A stretch of 64,000 bases of DNA, taken from positions 209,250,001-209,314,000 of the forward strand of contig OZ024743.1 of the NCBI GenBank assembly GCA_964016885.1. The letters run 5' to 3'. Positions 1 to 12,100 of the stretch are shown here, piece after piece; position 1 is the stretch's first letter; each line of letters begins with the position of its first letter. The notes under the pieces are model-generated. The model was not told the DNA's origin and searched no databases. It was given only the letters and a program-made list of their open reading frames with translations. Both the position numbers and the translations under genes were made by a program. The DNA is from Eledone cirrhosa. Its lineage: Eukaryota.

Positions 1-1430
1 CACCCCATAAGATATACCAGATTTTACCATCCTATAGCCACACATGAAAGCTCTTCACTCCATAAGATATACCACAGTTTACCATCCTATAGCCACAGAT
101 GAAAGCTCTTCACCCCATAAAATATACCACAGTTTATCATCTTATAGCCACACATGAAAGCTCTTCACTCCATAAGATATACCACAGTTTACCATCCTAT
201 AGCCACAAATGAAAGCTCTTCACTCCATAAGATATACCACAATTTACCATCCTATAGCCACAGATGAAAGCTCTTCACCACATAAGATATACCACAATTT
301 ACCATCCTATAGCCACAGATGAAAGCTCTTCACTCCATAAGATATACCACAGTCTACCACCCTATGGCCACAAATTAAAGCTCTTCACTCCATAAGATAT
401 ACCACAGTTTACCATCCTCTAACCACAGATGAAAGCTCTTCACTCCATAAGATATACCACAGTTTACCATCCTATGGCCACAGATGAAAGCTCTACATTC
501 CATAAGATATACCACAGTTTACCACCCTATGGCCACAGATGAAAGCTCTTCACTCAATAAGATATACCACAGTTTACCATCCTATAGCCACAGATGAAAG
601 CTCTTCACTCCATAAGATATACCACAGTCTACCATGTTATAGCCACAGATGAAAGCTCTTCACTGCATAAGATATTCCACAGTTTACCATCCTATAGCCA
701 CAGATGAAAGCTCTTCACTCCATAAGATATACCACAGGTTACCATCCTATAGCCACAGATGAAAGCTCTTCACCCCATAAGATATACCACAGTTTACCAT
801 CCTATAGCCACACATGAAAGCTCTTCACTCCATAAGATATACCACAGTTTACCATCCTATAGCCACAGATGAAAGCTCTTCACCCCATAGGATATACCAC
901 AGTTTACCATCCTATAGCCACACATGAAAGCTCTTCACTCCATAAGATATACCACAGTTTACCATCCTATAGCCACACATGAAAGCTCTTCACTCCATGA
1001 GATATACCACAATTTATCATCCTATAGCCACAGATGAAAGCTCTTCACCACATAAGATATACCACAGTTTACCATCCTATAGCCACACATGAAAGCTCTT
1101 CACCCCATAAGATATACCACAGTTTACCATCCTATTGCCACACATGAAAGCTCTTCACTCCATAAGATATACCACAGTTTACCATCCTATAGCCACACAT
1201 GAAAGCTCTTCACTCCATAAGATATACCACAATTTACCATCCTATAGCCACAGATGAAAGCTCTTCACCACATAAGATATACCACAGTTTACCATCCTAT
1301 AGCCACACATGAAAGCTCTTCACCCCATAAGATATACGACAGTTTACCATCCTATAGCCACACATGAAAGCTCTTCACTCCATAAGATATACCTCACTTT
1401 ACCATCCTATAGCCACACATGAAAGCTCTT
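1..1430 (+). repeat. Variant block repeated at ~24090-25500 and, with a 218-bp insert, at ~31030-32650
   Basis: The same ordered rare markers recur (TTTATCATCTTAT, GCTCTACA, ACCATGTTAT, CTGCATAAGATATTCC, CCCCATAGG, TATTGCC). ACCATGTTAT sits at 631, 24720 and 31873. Confidence 0.88.
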
Positions 1431-3119
1431 CACGCCATAAGATATACCTCAGTTTACCATCCTATAGCCACAGATGAAAGCTCTTCACTCCATAAGATAT
1501 ACCACAGTTTACCACCCTATGACCACAGATGAAAGCTCTTCACTCCATAAGATATACCACAGTTAACCATCCTATAGCCACGCCATGGATGAAAGCTCTT
1601 TACTCCATGAGATATACCACAGTTTACAATCCTATAGATACAGATGAAAGCTCTTCACTCCATAAGATATACCACAGTTTACCATCCTATGGCCACAGAT
1701 GAAAGCTCTTCACTCCATAAGATATACCACAGTTTACCACCCTATGGCCACAGATGAAAGCTCTTCACTCCATAAGATATACCACAGTCTACCACCCTAT
1801 GGCCACAAATTAAAGATCTTCACTCCATAAGATATACCACAGTCTGCCATCCTATAGCCACAGATGAAAGCTCTTCACTCCATGAGATATTCCACAGTTT
1901 ACCATCCTATAGCCACAGATGAAAGCTCTTCACTCCATAAGATATACCACAGTTTACCATCTTATAGCCACACATGAAAGCTCTTCACTCCATAAGATAT
2001 ACCACAGTTTACCATCCTATAGCCACACATGAAAGCTCTTCACTCCATAAGATATACCACAATTTACCATCCTATAGCCACAGATGAAAGCTCTTCACCA
2101 CATAAGATATACCACAGTTTACCATCCTATAGCCACACATGAAAGCTCTTCACCCCATAAGATATACCACAGTTTACCATCCTATTGCCACACATGAAAG
2201 CTCTTCACTCCATAAGATATACCACATTTTACCATCCTATAGCCACAGATGAAAGCTCTTCACTCCATAAGATATACGACAGTTTACCATCCTATAGCCA
2301 CACATGAAAGCTCTTCATGCCATAAGATATACCTCAGTTTACCATCCTATAGCCACAGATGAAAGCTCTTCACTCCATAAGATATACCACAGTTTACCAT
2401 CCTATAGCCACACATGAGAGCTCTTCACTCCATAAGATATACCACAGTTTACCATCCTATGGCCACACATGAAAGCTCTTCACCCCATAAGATAAACCAC
2501 ATTTTACCATCCTATAGCAAGATGAAAGCTCTTCACTCCGTAAAATATACCACAGTTTACCATCCTATAGCCACACATGAAAGCTCTTCACTCCATAAGA
2601 TATACCTCAGTTTACCATCCTATAGCCACAGATGAAAGCTCTTCACTCCATAAGATATACCACAGTCTACCATCCTATAGCCACACATGAAAGCTCTTCA
2701 CGCCATAAGATATACCACAGTTTACCATCCTATAGCCACAGATGAAAGCTCTTCACTCCATAAGATATACCACAGTTTACCATCCTATAGCCACACATGA
2801 AAGCTCTTCACTACATAAAATATACCACAGTTTACCATCCTATAGCCACAGATGAAAGCTCTTCACTCCATAAGATATACCACAGTTTACCATCCTATAG
2901 CCAGATGAAAGCTCTTCACTCCATAAGATATACCACAGTTTACCACCCTATGACCACAGATTAAAGCTCTTCACCCCATAAGATATACCACAGTTTGCCA
3001 TCCTATAGCCACGCCACGGATGAATGCTCTTCACTCCATAAGATATACCACAGTTTACAATCCTAGAGCCACAGATGAAAGCTCTTCACTCCATAAGATA
3101 TACCACAGTTTACCATCCT

Positions 3120-6100
3120 ATGGCCACAGATGAAAGCTCTTCACTCCATAAGATATACCACAGTTTGCCATCCTATGGCCACAGATGAAAGCTCTTCACT
3201 CCATAAGATATACCACAGTTTACCATCCTATAGCCACAGATGAAAGCTCTTCCCTCCATCAGATATACCACAGTTTACCATCCTATAGCCACAGATGAAA
3301 GCTCTTCACTCCATAAGATATACCAGTCTACCACCCTATGGTCACAAATTAAAGCTCTTCACTCCATAAGATATACCACAGTTTACCATCCTCTAACCAC
3401 AGATGAAAGCTCTTCACTCCATAAGATAGACCACAGTTTACCATCCTATGGCCACAGATTAAAGCTCTTCACTCCATAAGATATACCACAGTTTACCACC
3501 CTATGGCCACAGATGAAAGCTCTTCACTCAATAAGATATACCACAGTTTACCCTCCTATAGCCACAGATGAAAGCTCTTCACTCCATAAGATATACCACA
3601 GTTTAACATCCTATAGCCACAGATGAAAGCTCTTCACTCCATAAGATATACCACAGTCTACCATCCTATAGCCACAGATGAAAGCTCTTCACTCCATAAG
3701 ATATTCCACAGTTTACCATCCTATAGCCACAGATGAAAGCTCTTCACTCCATAAGATATACCACAGGTTACCATCCTATAGCCACAGTTGAAAGCTCTTC
3801 ACCCCATAAGATATACCACAGTTTACCATCCTATAGCCACACATGAAATCTCTTCACTCCATAAGTTATACCACAGTTTACCATCCTATAGCCACAGATG
3901 AAAGCTCTTCACCCCATAAGATATACCACAGTTTACCATCTTATAGCCACACATGAAAGCTCTTCACTCCATAAGATATACCACAGTTTACCATCCAATA
4001 GCCACACATGAAAGCTCTTCACTCCATAAGATATACCACAGTTTACCGTCCTATAGCCACAGACGAAAGCTCTTCACTCCATAAGATATACCACAGTTTA
4101 CCATCCTATAGCCACAGATGAAAGCTCTTCACCCCATAAGATATACCACAGTTTACCATCCTATAGCCACACCTGAAAGCTCTTCACTCCATAAGATATA
4201 CCACAGTTTACCATCCTATAGCCACAGATGAAATCTCTTCACCCCATAAGATATACCACAGTTTACCATCCTATAACCACACATGAAAGATCTTCACTCC
4301 TTAAGATATACCACAGTTTACCATCTTATAGCCACACATGAGAGCTCTTCACTCCATAAGATATACCACAGTTTACCATCCTATGGCCACACATGAAAGC
4401 TCTTCACTCCATAAGATATACCACTGTTTACCATCCTATGGCCACACATGAAAGCTCTTCACCCCATAAGATATACCACAGTTTACCATCCTATAGCCAG
4501 ATGAAAGCTCTTCGCTCCGTAAAATATACCACAGTTTACCATCCTATAGCCACACGTGAAAGCTCTTCACTCCATAAGATATACCACAGTTTACCATCCT
4601 ATAGCCAGATGAAAGCTCTTCACTCCATAAGATATATGACAGTTTACCATCCTATAGCCACACATGAAATCTCTTCACTCCATAAGATATACCACAGTTT
4701 ACCATCCTATAGCCAGATGAAAGCTCTTCACTCCGTAAAATATACCACAGTTTACCATCCTATAGCCACACATGAGAGCTCTTCACTCCATAAGATATAC
4801 CACTGTTTACCATCCTATAGTCACACATGAGAGCTCTTCACTCCATAAGATATACCACAGTTTACCATCCTATAGTCACACATGAGAGCTCTTCACTCCA
4901 TAAGATATACCACAGTTTACCATCCTATAGCCACACATGAGAGCTCTTCACTCCATAAGATATACCACTGTTTACCATCCTATAGTCACACATGAGAGCT
5001 CTTCACTCCATAAGATATACCACAGTTTACCATCCTATAGCCACACATGAAAGCTCTTCACTCCATAAGATATACCACTGTTTACCATCCTATAGCCACA
5101 CATGAGAGCTCTTCACTCCATAAGATATACCACAGTTTACCATCCTATAGCCACACATGAAAGCTCTTCACTCCATAAGATATACCACTGTTTACCATCC
5201 TATAGCCACACATGAGAGCTCTTCACTCCATAAGATATACCACAGTTTACCATCCTATGGCCACACATGAAAGCTCTTCACTCCATAAGATATACCACAG
5301 TTTACCATCCTATAGCCACACATGAGAGCTCTTCACTCCATAAGATATACCACTGTTTACAATCCTATGGCCACACATGAAAGCTCTTCACTCCATAAAA
5401 TATACCACAGTTTACCATCCTATAGCCACAGATGAAAGCTCTTCACTCCATAAGATATACCACAGCTCACCATCCTATAGCCAGATGAAAGCTCTTCACT
5501 CCATAAGATATACCACAGTTTACAATCCTATAGCCACAGATGAAAGCTCTTGACTCCATAAGATATACCACAGTTTACCATCCTATGGCCACAGATGAAA
5601 GCTCTTCACTCCATAAGATATACCACAGTTTACCATCCTATGGCCACAGATGAAAGCTCTTCACTCCATAAGATATACCACAGTTTACCACCCTATGGCC
5701 ACGGATGAAAGCTCTTCACTCCATAAGATATACCACAGTTTACCATCCTATAGCCACAGATGAAAGCTCTTCACTCCATAAGATATACCACAGTCTACCA
5801 CCCTATGGCCACAAATTAAAGCTCTTCACTCCATAAGATATACCACAGTTTACCATCCTCTAACCACAGATGAAAGCTCTTCACTCCATAAGATATACCA
5901 CAGTTTACCATCCTATGGCCACAGATGAAAGCTCTTCACTCCATAAGATACACCACAGTTTACCACCCTATGGCCACAGATGAAAGCTCTTCACTCCATA
6001 AGATATACCACAGTTTACCATCCTATAGCCACAGATGAAAGCTCTTCACTCCATAAGATATACCACAGTTTACCATCCTATAGCCACAGATGAAAGCTCT

Positions 6101-8330
6101 TCACTCCATAAGATATACCACAGTTTACCATCCTATAGCCACAGATGAAAGCTCTTCACCCCATAAGATATACCACAGTTTACCATCCTATAGCCACACA
6201 TGAAAGCTCTTCACTCCATAAGATATACCACAGTTTACCATCCTATAGCCACAGATGAAATCTCTTCACCCCATAAGATATACCACAGTTTACCATCCTA
6301 TAGCCACACATGAAAGATCTTCACTCCTTAAGATATACCACAGTTTACCATCCTATGGCCACACATGAAAGCTCTTCACCCCACAAGATATACCACAGTT
6401 TACCATCCTATAGCCAGATGAAAGCTCTTCACTCCATAAAATATACCACAGTTTACCATCCTATAGCCACACGTGAAAGCTCTTCACTCCATAAGATATA
6501 CCACAGTTTACCATCCTATAGCCAGATGAAAGCTCTTCACTCCATAAGATATATGACAGTTTACCATCCTATAGCCACACATGAAATCTCTTCACTCCAT
6601 AAGATATACCACAGTTTACCATCCTATAGCCAGATGAAAGCGCTTCACTCCGTAAAATATACCACAGTTTACCATCCTATAGTCACACATGAAAGCTCTT
6701 CACTCCATAAAATATACCACAGTTTACCATCCTATAGCCACACATGAGAGCTCTTCACTCCATAAGATATACCACTGTTTACCATCCTATAGCCACACAT
6801 GAGAGCTCTTCACTCCATAAGATATACCACAGTTTACCATCCTATAGCCACACATGAAAGCTCTTCACTCCATAAGATATACCACTGTTTACCATCCTAT
6901 AGCCACACATGAGAGCTCTTCACTCCATAAGATATACCACAGTTTACCATCCTATAGCCACACATGAAAGCTCTTCACTCCATAAGATATACCACTGTTT
7001 ACCATCCTATAGCCACACATGAGAGCTCTTCACTCCATAAGATATACCACAGTTTACCATCCTATGGCCACACATGAAAGCTCTTCACTCCATAAGATAT
7101 ACCACTGTTTACCATCCTATGGCCACACATGAAAGCTTTTCACTCCATATGATATACCACAGTTTACCATCCTATAGCCACACATGAAAGCTCTTCACTC
7201 CATAAGATATACCACTGTTTACAATCCTATGGCCACACATGAAAGCTCTTCACTCCATAAAATATACCACAGTTTACCATCCTATAGCCACAGATGAAAG
7301 CTCTTCACTCCATAAGATATACCACAGCTCACCATCCTATAGCCAGATGAAAGCTCTTCACTCCATAAGATATACCACAGTTTACAATCCTATAGCCACA
7401 GATGAAAGCTCTTGACTCCATAAGATATACCACAGTTTACCATCCTATGGCCACAGATGAAAGCTCTTCACTCCATAAGATATACCACAGTTTACCATCC
7501 TATGGCCACAGATGAAAGCTCTTCACTCCATAAGATATACCACAGTTTACCACCCTATGGCCACGGATGAAAGCTCTTCACTCCATAAGATATACCACAG
7601 TTTACCATCCTATAGCCACAGATGAAAGCTCTTCACTCCATAAGATATACCACAGTCTACCACCCTATGGCCACAAATTAAAGCTCTTCACTCCATAAGA
7701 TATACCACAGTTTACCATCCTCTTACCACAGATGAAAGCTCTTCACTCCATAAGATATACCACAGTTTACCATCCTATGGCCACAGATGAAAGCTCTTCA
7801 CTCCATAAGATATACCACAGTTTACCACCCTATGGCCACAGATGAAAGCTCTTCACTCCATAAGATATACCACAGTTTACCATCCTATAGCCACAGATGA
7901 AAGCTCTTCACTCCATAAGATATACCACAGTTTACCATCCTATAACCACAGATGAAAGCTCTTCACTCCATAAGATATACCACAGTTTACCACCCTATGG
8001 CCACGGATGAAAGCTCTTCACTCCATAAGATATACCACAGTTTACCATCCTATGGCCACAGATGAAAGCTCTTCACTCCATAAGATATACCACAGTTTAC
8101 CATCCTATGGCCACAGATGAAAGCTCTTCACTCCATAAGATATACCACAGTTTACCACCCTATGGCCACAGATGAAAGCTCTTCACTCCATAAGATATAC
8201 CACAGTTTACCATCCTATAGCCACAGATGAAAGCTCTTCACTCCATAAGATATACCACAGTTTACCATCCTATAACCACAGATGAAAGCTCTTCACTCCA
8301 TAAGATATACCACAGTTTACCATCCTATAG
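3120..8330 (+). repeat. Incomplete, slightly diverged copy of the 5373-bp higher-order repeat
   Basis: ORF-track markers 3240/4393 map to 12398/13551 (offset 9158) and 6310 maps to 15248 (offset 8938, a 4-monomer difference). Shared markers include TCCCTCCATCAG, ATACCAGTCT and AGATAGACC. Confidence 0.85.
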
Positions 8331-9199
8331 CCACAGATGAAAGCTCTTCACCCCATAAGATATACCACAGTTTACCATCCTATAGCCACACATGAAAGCT
8401 CTTCACTCCATAAGATATACCACAGTTTACCATCCTATAGCCACAGATGAAAGCTCTTCACCCCATAGGATATACCACATTTTACCATCCTATAGCCACA
8501 CATGAAAGCTCTTCACTCCATAAGATATACCACAGTTTACCATCCTATAGCCACACATGAAAGCTCTTCACTCCATAAGATATACCACAATATATCATCC
8601 TATAGCCACAGATGAAAGCTCTTCACCACATAAGATATACCACAGTTTACCATCCTATAGCCACACATGAAAGCTCTTCACCCCATAAGATATACCACAG
8701 TTTACCATCCTATTGCCACACATGAAAGCTCTTCACTCCATAAGATATACCACAGTTTACCATCCTATAGCCACACATGAGAGCTCTTCACTCCATAAGA
8801 TATACCACAGTTTACCATCCTATGGCCACACATGAAAGCTCTTCACTCCATAAGATATACCACAGTTTACCATCCTATAGCCACACATGAGAGCTCTTCA
8901 CTCCATAAGATATACCACTGTTTACAATCCTATGGCCACACATGAAAGCTCTTCACTCCATAAAATATACCACAGTTTACCATCCTATAGCCACAGATGA
9001 AAGCTCTTCACTCCATAAGATATACCACAGCTCACCATCCTATAGCCAGATGAAAGCTCTTCACTCCATAAGATATACCACAGTTTACAATCCTATAGCC
9101 ACAGATGAAAGCTCTTGACTCCATAAGATATACCACAGTTTACCATCCTATGGCCACAGATGAAAGCTCTTCACTCCATAAGATATACCACAGTTTACC

Positions 9200-12100
9200 A
9201 TCCTATGGCCACAGATGAAAGCTCTTCACTCCATAAGATATACCACAGTTTACCACCCTATGGCCACGGATGAAAGCTCTTCACTCCATAAGATATACCA
9301 CAGTTTACCATCCTATAGCCACAGATGAAAGCTCTTCACTCCATAAGATATACCACAGTCTACCACCCTATGGCCACAAATTAAAGCTCTTCACTCCATA
9401 AGATATACCACAGTTTACCATCCTCTAACCACAGATGAAAGCTCTTCACTCCATAAGATATACCACAGTTTACCATCCTATGGCCACAGATGAAAGCTCT
9501 TCACTCCATAAGATACACCACAGTTTACCACCCTATGGCCACAGATGAAAGCTCTTCACTCCATAAGATATACCACAGTTTACCATCCTATAGCCACAGA
9601 TGAAAGCTCTTCACTCCATAAGATATACCACAGTTTACCATCCTATAGCCACAGATGAAAGCTCTTCACTCCATAAGATATACCACAGTTTACCATCCTA
9701 TAGCCACACATGAAAGCTCTTCACCCCATAAGATATACCACAGTTTACCATCCTATAGCCACACATGAAAGCTCTTCACTCCATAAGATATACCACAGTT
9801 TACCATCCTATAGCCACAGATGAAATCTCTTCACCCCATAAGATATACCACAGTTTACCATCCTATAGCCACACATGAAAGATCTTCACTCCTTAAGATA
9901 TACCACAGTTTACCATCCTATGGCCACACATGAAAGCTCTTCACCCCACAAGATATACCACAGTTTACCATCCTATAGCCAGATGAAAGCTCTTCACTCC
10001 ATAAAATATACCACAGTTTACCATCCTATAGCCACACGTGAAAGCTCTTCACTCCATAAGATATACCACAGTTTACCATCCTATAGCCAGATGAAAGCTC
10101 TTCACTCCATAAGATATATGACAGTTTACCATCCTATAGCCACACATGAAATCTCTTCACTCCATAAGATATACCACAGTTTACCATCCTATAGCCAGAT
10201 GAAAGCTCTTCACTCCGTAAAATATACCACAGTTTACCATCCTATAGTCACACATGAAAGCTCTTCACTCCATAAAATATACCACAGTTTACCATCCTAT
10301 AGCCACACATGAGAGCTCTTCACTCCATAAGATATACCACTGTTTACCATCCTATAGCCACACATGAGAGCTCTTCACTCCATAAGATATACCACAGTTT
10401 ACCATCCTATAGCCACACATGAAAGCTCTTCACTCCATAAGATATACCACTGTTTACCATCCTATAGCCACACATGAGAGCTCTTCACTCCATAATATAT
10501 ACCACAGTTTACCATCCTATAGCCACACATGAAAGCTCTTCACTCCATAAGATATACCACTGTTTACCATCCTATAGCCACACATGAGAGCTCTTCACTC
10601 CATAAGATATATCACAGTTTACCATCCTATGGCCACACATGAAAGCTCTTCACTCCATAAGATATACCACTGTTTACCATCCTATGGCCACACATGAAAG
10701 CTTTTCACTCCATATGATATACCACAGTTTACCATCCTATAGCCACACATGAAAGCTCTTCACTCCATAAGATATACCACTGTTTACAATCCTATGGCCA
10801 CACATGAAAGCTCTTCACTCCATAAAATATACCACAGTTTACCATCCTATAGCCACAGATGAAAGCTCTTCACTCCATAAGATATACCACAGCTCACCAT
10901 CCTATAGCCAGATGAAAGCTCTTCACTCCATAAGATATACCACAGTTTACAATCCTATAGCCACAGATGAAAGCTCTTGACTCCATAAGATATACCACAG
11001 TTTACCATCCTATGGCCACAGATGAAAGCTCTTCACTCCATAAGATATACCACAGTTTACCATCCTATGGCCACAGATGAAAGCTCTTCACTCCATAAGA
11101 TATACCACAGTTTACCACCCTATGGCCACGGATGAAAGCTCTTCACTCCATAAGATATACCACAGTTTACCATCCTATAGCCACAGATGAAAGCTCTTCA
11201 CTCCATAAGATATACCACAGTCTACCACCCTATGGCCACAAATTAAAGCTCTTCACTCCATAAGATATACCACAGTTTACCATCCTCTTACCACAGATGA
11301 AAGCTCTTCACTCCATAAGATATACCACAGTTTACCATCCTATGGCCACAGATGAAAGCTCTTCACTCCATAAGATATACCACAGTTTACCACCCTATGG
11401 CCACAGATGAAAGCTCTTCACTCCATAAGATATACCACAGTTTACCATCCTATAGCCACAGATGAAAGCTCTTCACTCCATAAGATATACCACAGTTTAC
11501 CATCCTATAACCACAGATGAAAGCTCTTCACTCCATAAGATATACCACAGTTTACCACCCTATGGCCACGGATGAAAGCTCTTCACTCCATAAGATATAC
11601 CACAGTTTACCATCCTATGGCCACAGATGAAAGCTCTTCACTCCATAAGATATACCACAGTTTACCATCCTATGGCCACAGATGAAAGCTCTTCACTCCA
11701 TAAGATATACCACAGTTTACCACCCTATGGCCACAGATGAAAGCTCTTCACTCCATAAGATATACCACAGTTTACCATCCTATAGCCACAGATGAAAGCT
11801 CTTCACTCCATAAGATATACCACAGTTTACCATCCTATAACCACAGATGAAAGCTCTTCACTCCATAAGATATACCACAGTTTACCATCCTATAGCCACA
11901 GATGAAAGCTCTTCACTCCATAAGATATACCACAGTCTAACAACCCTATGGCCACAAATTAAAGCTCTTCACTACATAAGATATACCACAGTTTACCATC
12001 CTCTAACTACAGATGAAAGCTCTTCACTCCATAAGATATACCACAGTTTACCATCCTATGGCCACAGATGAAAGCTTTTCACTCCATAAGATATACCACA

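Noticed and set aside
4393-4830. Zinc-finger or other His-rich repeat-protein exon
   Set aside because: There is no C-x2-C...H-x3-H pattern, the unit is not the 84 bp of a C2H2 finger, and the frame breaks every few monomers.
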